Source of the DNA: Acidobacteriota bacterium
GTDB taxonomy: Bacteria; Acidobacteriota; Terriglobia; Terriglobales; Acidobacteriaceae
Length of the DNA: 50,705 nt
Assembly (NCBI GenBank): GCA_021802085.1
Contig: JAKAAZ010000001.1
Span: 1 to 50,705, forward strand
Direction: 5' to 3'
Made by a program: the position numbers and the translations under genes. Numbering within the stretch: the stretch's first letter is position 1; each line of letters starts with the position of its first letter. Under the pieces are notes generated by a model that was not told where the DNA came from, did no database searches, and saw only the letters and a list, made by a program, of their open reading frames with translations. Of the stretch, positions 35,466 through 43,846 are shown one piece after another.

Positions 35466-37622
35466 CTACTCCTCAGACACTTCCTCGCCGGCTCTCGCCC
35501 GCCGCACTTCGACCAGCGTGGAGTAAAAGGTCGGCCCCCCACCCAGGTCGGTCAACGTCTCACTGGTAAGAGTGTTGACTCCCTGTCCATCTCTTGTGAG
35601 CTTGTTCCATCCTAAACGGGAAGCGGCCACTCCGGCAGGGACAGATGCACTCACTTTCGCCCGCAGCGGTATTTTTCCGCGTTCATTGAAGACCTCGACC
35701 GCATCGCCGTCCACAATCCCCCGGGCGGCAGCGTCCAGCGGATGCATTTCGAGCAGGCCGGAATGCGCCGCTTCCATGGCTCGATGGCCGGGCAGAGCTG
35801 CGAACGTCGAATTCATGTAGTTGTCGCCCTTGCGCGCCAAAAGCTCCAGCGGAAATCTGCGGGCCAGGGATGAGTGACGCGACTCCTCGGCAGGCACATA
35901 GCCGGGCAGAGGATCGAACCCCTGCGCCGCCAGAGCCTCCGAGTAAAACTCCGCCTTGCAGGATGGAGTGCGAAACCATTCGCCGGAAATAAATGGCTGG
36001 AATGCGCCGCCATTTTGTTCCTGCGGAAACTTCAACCGCACGGAATGCTCCGCTTCCAACTGCGCGCGCGTGATTCCGTAGACCCACGGAGAATCCTCCT
36101 TGGTCACATCGAGCGCCTGATCGATCATGTCGTCTTCCGTGTCGAGAAAACAAGACTCGGTGAAACCCATGCGCTGGGCCAATTGTCGAAACAGGGTGAC
36201 GTTCGAGCGCGCTTCGCCCAGCGGCGCAATCGCCTGTTCGGAGATCTGCAAATGGTACTGGCCGTAGGCGCCTTCAAAATCCTTGTGCTCAAAAAAAGTG
36301 GTCGCGGGCAGAACGATGTCGGCATAATCGGTGGTGTCGGTGAAGAATTGTTCATGCACCACGGTGAACAGGTCGGCGCGCCTCAGTCCGCGCAACACCG
36401 TGTTCTGGTTGGGAGCGATCGCAGCCGGATTCGAGTTGTAGACCAGCATCGCCTGCACGGGCGGGTCGTTGAGTTCCGTGAGAGCATGACCGAGGCGGCT
36501 CATATTGACGATGCGGCCAGGTCGGCCAATCGGGCTGCTCTGCGCGAGATCGGGGCGCTCCAGCGCTGCCTTGTTGAACGGAAACGCTCCGCTGGTGGAA
36601 AGCTGCAAGCCCCCGCCGAGATGCTTCCACGCCCCAGTGAGGCACGGCAGCATGGCAATGGCGCGAGCGGCAGCCCCGCCATTCTGCCCGCGCTGCACGC
36701 CATAGTTCATGCGAATCGCCGCAGGGATTGCCGTGGCGTATTCGCGGGCCAGACGCACAATGTCCTCGACGCCGAGGCCGGTGAGTTCCGCCACGCGCGC
36801 GGGAGAGTATTCCTCCGCACGCACACGGAGTTGGTCGAAGCCGTGGGTAAAGCGGGCGACATAGTCGGCGTCATAGAGGTTTTCCGCGATCAAAACATGC
36901 ATCATGCCCAGCGCCAGCGCCGAGTCTGTTCCGGGGCGGATGGGCAGATACCAGTCGGCGGCCTGCGCCGTGCGCGTCTTGTAGGGATCGATCACAATCA
37001 GCCGGGCGCCTTGTTGCCGGGCCTCCTGCACAAAGGGCCACAGGTGAACATTGGTGCCGAGAATGTTCGCTCCCCAGGCGAGGATGGTGCGGGCGTGGCG
37101 AAAGTGTTCCGGGTCGGTGCCCAGCTTGACGCCATAGACCGACATCAACGCTTCGCCTCCGGCGGCGGAACAAATAGTGCGATCGAGGCGCGATGCACCC
37201 AGGCGAGAAAAGAACCGCCGATCCATGGAACCGTAGCCCAGGGCAGCCATGTTCCCAGCATAAGAATAGGGCAGGATCGATTCCGGCCCGAAGGCGGCCG
37301 AGATGTCAGCGAAACGCGCCGCAATCGTGTCCAGCGCCTGGTCCCAGGAAATCCGCTCGAAGACCTCCGCGTGTTTCCCCGCCGGGACCGGACCTTTGGC
37401 GATGCCGGATTTGCGGCGCATGGGAACCAGCAGCCTATCCGGGGAGTAAACGAGGTCGAGATACTTCGTCACCTTGGCGCAAAGAAAGCCGCGGGTGACT
37501 GGATGGTCGGGGTTGCCTTGAATTTTCGTGGCGCGGCCTTCCGTGTTGACCGTGATTTGCACGCTGCACGCATCCGGACAGTCCAGGGGACAGGCCGCAT
37601 GCACAATCTTCAATGGATTCAT
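35466..37622 (-). CDS. Molybdopterin (bis-MGD) oxidoreductase, cytoplasmic, substrate unknown
   Basis: 718 aa. N-terminal 4Fe-4S Mo/W-bisMGD motif CPLDCPDACS...C. No signal peptide. Confidence 0.85.
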   Translation of the reverse strand: MNPLKIVHAACPLDCPDACSVQITVNTEGRATKIQGNPDHPVTRGFLCAKVTKYLDLVYSPDRLLVPMRRKSGIAKGPVPAGKHAEVFERISWDQALDTIAARFADISAAFGPESILPYSYAGNMAALGYGSMDRRFFSRLGASRLDRTICSAAGGEALMSVYGVKLGTDPEHFRHARTILAWGANILGTNVHLWPFVQEARQQGARLIVIDPYKTRTAQAADWYLPIRPGTDSALALGMMHVLIAENLYDADYVARFTHGFDQLRVRAEEYSPARVAELTGLGVEDIVRLAREYATAIPAAIRMNYGVQRGQNGGAAARAIAMLPCLTGAWKHLGGGLQLSTSGAFPFNKAALERPDLAQSSPIGRPGRIVNMSRLGHALTELNDPPVQAMLVYNSNPAAIAPNQNTVLRGLRRADLFTVVHEQFFTDTTDYADIVLPATTFFEHKDFEGAYGQYHLQISEQAIAPLGEARSNVTLFRQLAQRMGFTESCFLDTEDDMIDQALDVTKEDSPWVYGITRAQLEAEHSVRLKFPQEQNGGAFQPFISGEWFRTPSCKAEFYSEALAAQGFDPLPGYVPAEESRHSSLARRFPLELLARKGDNYMNSTFAALPGHRAMEAAHSGLLEMHPLDAAARGIVDGDAVEVFNERGKIPLRAKVSASVPAGVAASRLGWNKLTRDGQGVNTLTSETLTDLGGGPTFYSTLVEVRRARAGEEVSEE

Positions 37623-37762
37623 ACTGGCATTCTAGGTTCCCGGCGGGCAAGAAACAATGGAGAGAGTGCAAGTCTGGCGGCGATGCGCCGTTGCCAGGGC
37701 GGTGAGCAAGGCCGGGGAAGTTTCCCACGCCAAGGGAGTCGAGAGCCAGTTGCGATGCGCGA

Positions 37763-38350
37763 TCAGACCTGCATCACTTCCTTCTCTTTCGCCTTGCACA
37801 ATTCTTCCATGCGTTTGATCTCGTCGTCGGTCAGCTTCTGCATTTCATCGAGCGACCGCTTCTCTTCGTCTTCAGAGATTTTCTTGTCCTTCGCTGCTTT
37901 CTTCAGCAGATCGTTGCCGTCGCGGCGAATATTGCGGACAGCCGTGCGATGGTCTTCCAGCACCTTGTTGAGATGTTTGACGACCTCCTTGCGGCGCTCT
38001 TCGGTCATGGGCGGCACCGGGACGCGCACCACCTTGCCGTCGTTTTGCGGATTGAAGCCCTGCGGAAAGGCGCGCAGCGCTTTCTCGATTTCGACGATCT
38101 GGCTGGTGTCGTAGGGTTGGATCAGCAGCAACTGCGGCTCGGGAGCGCTGACCTGACCCACCTGATTCAGCGGCATTTCCGTTCCATATGCCTGGACTTT
38201 TACCTGGTCCAGCATATGCACGGAGGCGCGCCCGGTACGAATTGAAGCGAGATTGACGCGAAAATCCTCAACCGCCTTATCCATGCGCGTCTTGAGCACT
38301 TGATACGTTTCTTTCAGAGCCGGAATGCCGGCCATAGTCGATCCAGCCAT
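37763..38350 (-). CDS. frr: Ribosome recycling factor
   Basis: 195 aa with a canonical RRF sequence (RTGRASVHMLD...PLNQ...). GGAGGA lies 10 nt upstream of the ATG. Confidence 0.95.
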   Translation of the reverse strand: MAGSTMAGIPALKETYQVLKTRMDKAVEDFRVNLASIRTGRASVHMLDQVKVQAYGTEMPLNQVGQVSAPEPQLLLIQPYDTSQIVEIEKALRAFPQGFNPQNDGKVVRVPVPPMTEERRKEVVKHLNKVLEDHRTAVRNIRRDGNDLLKKAAKDKKISEDEEKRSLDEMQKLTDDEIKRMEELCKAKEKEVMQV

Positions 38351-38508
38351 AATTCAGTTTTCCTCCGTGCAACACAATATTGTAACGAACCGCGACCTAT
38401 CCTGTTGCCAGCGTCATTCAGTCCGCGGAGATGGCGCGGAAGGCGTAAGCGCTGCCATCCAGTTAGAATGAACATTGTAGCGAGTGGCCTCTTTTTCAAG
38501 AAACCTCT

Positions 38509-38826
38509 ATGCATACCTGTCCCGTCTGCACCATGCCCCTCAGTCTTCGGCGAGCCTTCTTCCGTGCCGGATGGCGCGGATTTTTTCGCTGTCCGGCCTG
38601 TCGCGGCCACTTGCAGATCCACGGCCGCGTCATCCCGATCGTGACCGCGCTGGTTGTCGCGCTTGGGTTCATGGCGCTCGACTTCAGCGGATTGACGGAT
38701 GTCAACTCCAAAACCTGGTGGTGGGACGCCTTCCAGGTCGGCTCGGTGTTGTTTGTCCTGTTTATGATGCTCGGGTGGCTGCTGCGCATCGATCGTCGTC
38801 AACCGATGCGCAGGTTCGTACCCTGA
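38509..38826 (+). CDS. Hypothetical membrane protein with N-terminal CxxC...CxxC zinc-ribbon
   Basis: 105 aa. CPVC...CPAC followed by two hydrophobic helices. No recognised family. Confidence 0.45.
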   Translation: MHTCPVCTMPLSLRRAFFRAGWRGFFRCPACRGHLQIHGRVIPIVTALVVALGFMALDFSGLTDVNSKTWWWDAFQVGSVLFVLFMMLGWLLRIDRRQPMRRFVP

Positions 38827-38865
38827 TCCAAGGCAGTACGCTGCCAAGCTTCTGTTCGTTTCGCC

Positions 38866-39783
38866 TCAGGCAAGGACTTTCAGCCCCGTCGAGGCAGCCT
38901 GTTCGTGCGCATGGTAGGAGGACCGGACCAGTGGCCCGGACTCAACATGGCGAAAGCCCATCCGCAGGGCCTCCTCTTTCATCCATGCAAATTCCTGCGG
39001 CGTATAGATTCGAGCCATGGGAAGATGGTCCTTCGACGGACGCAGATATTGTCCAATGGTGAGAATGTCGACGCCAACTCGCGCCAGGTCGCGGAAGACT
39101 TCGAGCAGTTCGTGCATCTCTTCGCCGAGCCCGACCATGACGCCGGATTTTGTGACGAGCCTGGGATTCAATTCCTTGGCGTATTCGAGCAGCCGCAGCG
39201 TGCGCTCATAGCGCGCGCCGGAACGCACCACGCGATACAGTCGCGGCACGCTTTCCGTGTTGTGATTCAGCACTTCCGGAGCGGCGTCGACCACGATGCG
39301 AATCGCGTCCTCTTTGCCTTGAAAATCCGGGACCAGGACTTCCACCTGGCAGCCGGGAGCCTGCCGGCGAATCTCTTCAATCACCATGGCAAAGGCGCGC
39401 GCGCCGCCGGTGATATCGTCATCGCGATTCACGCTGGTGATGACGGCATGTTGCAAGCCCAGAGCGGCGACGGCTTCGGCCACGCGGCGCGGCTCGTCGA
39501 AATCGATGGCATCGGGGCGACCCTTGGGCACCGCGCAAAAACCGCAGCGGCGCGTACACAGATTGCCCAGCATCATGAAGGTGGCCGTCTTGTGGTTCCA
39601 GCATTCGCCGATGTTCGGGCAATGCGCCGATTCGCACACCGTGTTCAGATTCAGACTGCGCGCCAGCTTTTTCAGATCGTGGAAGGTTTCTCCCATGGGC
39701 GCGCGCGCCTTCAACCAGGCTGGCTTGGACTGGGGCCGCTTGGGCAGAATTTCGATCTGGATCAGTTCAGGAGCTGTAGCCAT
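38866..39783 (-). CDS. lipA: Lipoyl synthase
   Basis: 305 aa. CESAHCPNIGEC auxiliary cluster and CTRRCGFC radical-SAM motif. Confidence 0.95.
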   Translation of the reverse strand: MATAPELIQIEILPKRPQSKPAWLKARAPMGETFHDLKKLARSLNLNTVCESAHCPNIGECWNHKTATFMMLGNLCTRRCGFCAVPKGRPDAIDFDEPRRVAEAVAALGLQHAVITSVNRDDDITGGARAFAMVIEEIRRQAPGCQVEVLVPDFQGKEDAIRIVVDAAPEVLNHNTESVPRLYRVVRSGARYERTLRLLEYAKELNPRLVTKSGVMVGLGEEMHELLEVFRDLARVGVDILTIGQYLRPSKDHLPMARIYTPQEFAWMKEEALRMGFRHVESGPLVRSSYHAHEQAASTGLKVLA

Positions 39784-39845
39784 GGGGCAATTCGTTCCGG
39801 GCGCAACCTTTTATTGTACCTGCGCGGAATAGCAGAGAGTGAGAA

Positions 39846-41516
39846 CTACTCGGACGCGGGTGCGGCCGGGGCTGTCGGTGCAGGATCCTCACCGGAAATT
39901 CTCCAGATGGTCAAGTAATTTTTCCCTGTCCAAAGAATGTGCGATGGAGGCAGCGGAATGTAACCCGCAGGCGCGAGCGGCAACCGCGAATAGACCTCGA
40001 CGCCTGTAATCATCCACTGCGGCTCGCCGTCCGGGCCCTTCATCCATGGCTCGCAGGTATATTTTGTACTCTCCAGAAACAGGTGATCGCAATAGGTCTG
40101 CCTGCCCCACTCGTCGAACGGAACGGTTGGCCCGGCAAAGGCATCGATGTGGTCTTTGCCGATGAACGCCCCAATCCCATGCTGCGCCAAGTCGGTTTGA
40201 AATTGCCGGTCGGCCATGAGGCCGTCAAGAGGTACGACCGCGGCATCGGTAAAGTACGCCATCCCGCCGGGCTGGTCGTACGCCAGCAAGCTGCGTACCT
40301 GATCGGCTGCAAGTACCTGCCGCATCACCGGAATGGTCGTCTCTTCCGCAACCTGCTCGATGCTGTGTTTCCAGCCCATCTTGTACCAGAGCAGCGCGGA
40401 GAAGACGACGGCGAGAACGATGGCAAGAGAACGAAGGGTGGCGTCTACGGACGGCGTGCGTCCTCTCGAAACAGCCGGGGCCGCGCGGAACACACACGCT
40501 GCGGCGCGGGATGCTGTCAACGCCGCCAGCAATGCCCAACTGACGTAGTACCAGGTCCAGCGAGTTTCTCGGGTCATGCGGAGCGTGATATAGGCGGCGT
40601 GCATCAGAATGCCAAAAAAGAACGGCAGCTCGACGAACAGGAACCAGCGGTCCCGCTGCTTGCGCCAAAGAATCAGCAGAGAAATGGCGCAGATGGCCAG
40701 CGATAGCAGCGCCGTGTGCGGCAGGTTCCGGCCCAGCACATGGTCATGGCTGTTGTTCGATTTCAGCAAGCCGCTGATTGGCATGAGGATGTGGAACCAG
40801 AACAGATTGCTGGCCAGATACGCGCCCCAAAGCACGGCATACAGTGGAATCCACGCGAGGTGAATGCGGAGCGCGGTCGATTCTCCGCGCTTCCTTTGTT
40901 GCAAACACCAAATCAGAATCGCAATCCAGAGACAGGCGATGACAAAGATGGAATCCAGGCGGCTGAGGACAGCGAAGGCGGCCAGCAGATTGAAAGCAAA
41001 TCCGCTGCTCCAATCGGAATGCTCGAAAAACTTGTAGAGCGCCAGCAACGTCCCAGCCAGCATCGCGGCGCTGAGAGAGGATTCGGTGCCCAGTTGCAGG
41101 CCAAACAAGAAAGGAATGAGAATCGTCCAGGCGACCCAGGTTGGGGCGCGGAGAAGGCGCAGCAATTGAGCCGCCACGACCAGCACCACGATGTTCAAGG
41201 CCACGATCAGCGCCGCAATCAGATGCAGACCGGTTTCGCGATTCGGAAACACGCGATAGACCGCCGCGCACAGCAGCATCCAGATGGGATGATAGCCGTT
41301 GGTTGGCATCAGGCGGTTGAAGGTGCTGCCATATCCCAAAGCAAAATTGCGTCCCACCACCAGATAAAAAAAACTGTCGTCGGCGAAGAACGGGTTGGGC
41401 TGGCGAATGAACAGGAACGAGTAGGCGGCTGTCAGCAGCGCGAAAAAAATATTCAGCCACAGTGGGCTGCGTTCCACTCCTAGCGCATGGATTTCCTTTG
41501 GCTGTGTTTCTTCCAT
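39846..41516 (-). CDS. Polytopic membrane protein, GT-C-like glycosyltransferase fold (putative)
   Basis: About 556 aa from MEETQPK. At least 10 predicted TM helices with an early ADDSFFY loop and a C-terminal soluble domain. The ORF-track N-terminus (to 41684) is translated repeat DNA. Confidence 0.6.
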   Translation of the reverse strand: MEETQPKEIHALGVERSPLWLNIFFALLTAAYSFLFIRQPNPFFADDSFFYLVVGRNFALGYGSTFNRLMPTNGYHPIWMLLCAAVYRVFPNRETGLHLIAALIVALNIVVLVVAAQLLRLLRAPTWVAWTILIPFLFGLQLGTESSLSAAMLAGTLLALYKFFEHSDWSSGFAFNLLAAFAVLSRLDSIFVIACLWIAILIWCLQQRKRGESTALRIHLAWIPLYAVLWGAYLASNLFWFHILMPISGLLKSNNSHDHVLGRNLPHTALLSLAICAISLLILWRKQRDRWFLFVELPFFFGILMHAAYITLRMTRETRWTWYYVSWALLAALTASRAAACVFRAAPAVSRGRTPSVDATLRSLAIVLAVVFSALLWYKMGWKHSIEQVAEETTIPVMRQVLAADQVRSLLAYDQPGGMAYFTDAAVVPLDGLMADRQFQTDLAQHGIGAFIGKDHIDAFAGPTVPFDEWGRQTYCDHLFLESTKYTCEPWMKGPDGEPQWMITGVEVYSRLPLAPAGYIPLPPSHILWTGKNYLTIWRISGEDPAPTAPAAPASE

Positions 41517-41590
41517 AAAAAGTTTTCGTTCAATTGTCGAGATGTTATGAAGCAAATGCGCTTCACCGTTAGTGTAGACGGATGTCGATA

Positions 41591-41729
41591 GAGTCATTCC
41601 GGGCCCTTCGACTACGCTCAGGGCAGGCTCCGCGTAGCAAGTGAGGAATCCCGAGTATGTTCGCCGTATAAGCGCCGCTTTCACCCTCTGGACTCTTCGG
41701 TCGCCGCGGCGACCTCAGAATGACGACTC
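41591..41729. repeat. Palindromic intergenic repeat (MITE/REP-like), full copy
   Basis: GAGTCATTCCGGGCCCTTCGACTACGCTCAGGGC...CCTCAGAATGACGACTC, the same family as 31707-31833. Confidence 0.8.
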
Positions 41730-41770
41730 CCGCTGTCAGTGGGAGAATCTTTGAAGGTGAATAGGCGGGT

Positions 41771-42283
41771 TCAATAGTAGAGATACTTGCGCCAGCGCAG
41801 GTCACTGCTGCCGATCATGCGCATGATGTGGCGGCTGGTGTGCAGAGAAAACGGACGCGGCTCGCGCATCAGCTGCATGTCCTCCAGCTCATGGATCATT
41901 TGATTCCCTTTGCGGCGGTTGCAGCTATGGCAGCAGGCAACCAGGTTCTCCCACGTGGACAGTCCTCCGCGCGAGCGGGGGACAACGTGGTCGAGCGTCA
42001 GTTCGCTCGCCGGCAAGATCGTGGCGCAGTATTGGCAGGTGTTGCGATCGCGCAGCAGGATGTTCTTGCGGGAAAGAGCGCGGGTCTGGTGCGGAATGCG
42101 GCGGTATTCCAGCAGCCGAATGACGGAGGGTACCGGCACGCGCATGCGAGCAGCATGGAGCAAGGTTGCGTGCTCCTCTTCGGGGCGAGCTACGCCCTTG
42201 AGGATCAGGACCAGCGCCCGCCGCGCGCCACAGATGTTGATGGGCTCATAGGAGGCATTCAGCACCAGCACGGGGGTGTGCAT
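41771..42283 (-). CDS. HNH endonuclease-domain protein
   Basis: CQYC...[10 protein letters not shown]...[20 protein letters not shown]/zinc-finger core. Likely start is [14 protein letters not shown] at 42283. Confidence 0.8.
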   Translation of the reverse strand: MHTPVLVLNASYEPINICGARRALVLILKGVARPEEEHATLLHAARMRVPVPSVIRLLEYRRIPHQTRALSRKNILLRDRNTCQYCATILPASELTLDHVVPRSRGGLSTWENLVACCHSCNRRKGNQMIHELEDMQLMREPRPFSLHTSRHIMRMIGSSDLRWRKYLYY

Positions 42284-42414
42284 CGGCGAGGCCGTGGCCA
42301 GCGATGAACGCTCCTGTACTCCAGAGTCGGAGTGGGGCGTGTGACACTTCGCCGGAGGTTTTTGTTTGCGGGCATACACCATTGCTCTTCCCATCGACAT
42401 CTGGTTCTTCCTCC

Positions 42415-43335
42415 CTAATCGCGAGCCTCGAAGCCTTGCGCTGCGTTTGCCTCATCTGTTGGCGCCATGCCAACGGCGGTAAATTTCCCGGCGGGTACAA
42501 AATCCCAAAACGCTACGCCCTCGCGCTGTGAACGAGCCAGCGTCGCCACATATACGGTTGCTGCGCCGGCACGCAACAGAGTCCGGGTGCATTCGCGGGC
42601 TGTGGCCCCGGTGGTGTAGATATCGTCGAGCAGCAGAATCGAGCGCCCCGCGATTTGATCCGGTCGGCGAATGAAAAACGCTCCGCGCAAATTGCGCCGC
42701 CGTTGGTGCGGCTTCAGGCCCGATTGACTTTCCGTCGCGCGTTGACGACCCATCGCCTCACAAGCCAGCTCGGCCTGAAGCTCCGGACGCAATTTCCGCA
42801 AAGCGCGAACGGTGGCTTCCGCCAGCAGAACCGTCTGATTGAAACCGCGCTCGTGTTGCCGGGTGGCGTGCAGTGGGACAGCGACCACGGCCAGGCTGGC
42901 TGGTAGATCGTTCCTTTGCGCAATGGATGCCGCCAGCAACGCGCCTAAAGGCTCCGCAACTGTGGGGATGCGTTCATATTTCAGTAGATGGATCAATGCG
43001 CGCAATGTGCCTTCATACACGCCGTAGGCCACGGCCCATTGGAACGGAGGGCGTGCACGTTCGCACAACGGGCATAAAGATTCCCCATCCGAATGGCGGC
43101 GCGCGGCGTTCGTCGCAAAGCGTACCCCGTCCAAGCCGAGAAGCTCGCCGCAAACGGCGCAGAGATTTATCGGAGCTTGTTCGGGCAGATCGTGCCAGCA
43201 GTCGGCACAGATGGGCGCAGTGGAAAGATGTACGAGAGGTTGGTTGCAGAGCCTGCAGAGGGAAGGAAAAACGGCACAACTCACAGCATCCAGCGGACTT
43301 CGAAGAACACGCGCAACAGCGCGCCAAGCAGCCAT
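42415..43335 (-). CDS. comF: ComF family protein (phosphoribosyltransferase domain)
   Basis: N-terminal double CxxC zinc finger (CRLC..CADC, CAVC..CPLC) and PRTase motif [13 protein letters not shown]. Start at 43335; the 103-aa upstream extension is non-protein-like. Confidence 0.85.
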   Translation of the reverse strand: MAAWRAVARVLRSPLDAVSCAVFPSLCRLCNQPLVHLSTAPICADCWHDLPEQAPINLCAVCGELLGLDGVRFATNAARRHSDGESLCPLCERARPPFQWAVAYGVYEGTLRALIHLLKYERIPTVAEPLGALLAASIAQRNDLPASLAVVAVPLHATRQHERGFNQTVLLAEATVRALRKLRPELQAELACEAMGRQRATESQSGLKPHQRRRNLRGAFFIRRPDQIAGRSILLLDDIYTTGATARECTRTLLRAGAATVYVATLARSQREGVAFWDFVPAGKFTAVGMAPTDEANAAQGFEARD

Positions 43336-43646
43336 CTCCGATGGCGGAAGACTACTGGCTCGATTTGAGGACTGTCTGGAAAACTGCCTAGGGAAGACGC
43401 ACCTCCCAACCATGCACTGTTCGAGTGAGCAATGTTCACGTGCCCGGAGCGTTTCGGCAATGCGCCGAACGTGTCCGGCTGAGTGCAGTATATTCGGAAT
43501 TCGTGAAACAGGAAGCCTGCATTGACAATTTTTTTGGATGCACGCAAATCGGCTGAGGTGGAAATGCCTCCAGTCTGCCCAGCTCAATGCACCGCCCCGT
43601 CGGTTTGAACTATCTTGGCCCTGTTGACGTCCTGCGCAAAACAAAG

Positions 43647-43740
43647 CATTGTCGTCCTGAGCGAAACAGAGTGAAGCGAAGGATCTCGCGTTCTCCGGAC
43701 AACCACAAGATCCTTCGCCTGCGGCTCAGGACGACAAATG
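43647..43740. repeat. Palindromic hairpin repeat (short variant of the same superfamily)
   Basis: CATTGTCGTCCTGAGCGAA...GAAGGATCT...AGATCCTTCGCCTGCGGCTCAGGACGACAAATG, a near-perfect long inverted repeat. Confidence 0.8.
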
Positions 43741-43846
43741 CTCCGGTATAGTGCATTTCAACAGAACCAACTGACCTATCGCGGACCATAGCGGATGCAC
43801 TACACTCGAACCTTCCTGGCAGATTGTTTGTAGGAGGGACACGACC

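Noticed and set aside
37623-37762. Moco riboswitch upstream of the molybdoenzyme
   Set aside because: I recognised no convincing conserved Moco-motif elements in the 140-nt spacer, and I could not verify this without a covariance-model search.
35874-38114. 746-aa plus-strand ORF spanning the Mo-oxidoreductase, an intergenic region and frr
   Set aside because: It is antisense to two well-supported genes, arginine-rich and motif-less. Crossing the spacer without a stop is chance in GC-rich sequence.
43336-43644. 103-aa N-terminal extension of comF in the ORF track
   Set aside because: The composition is non-protein-like and ends at a repeat element. The ComF zinc-finger domain begins right after the internal Met at 43335.
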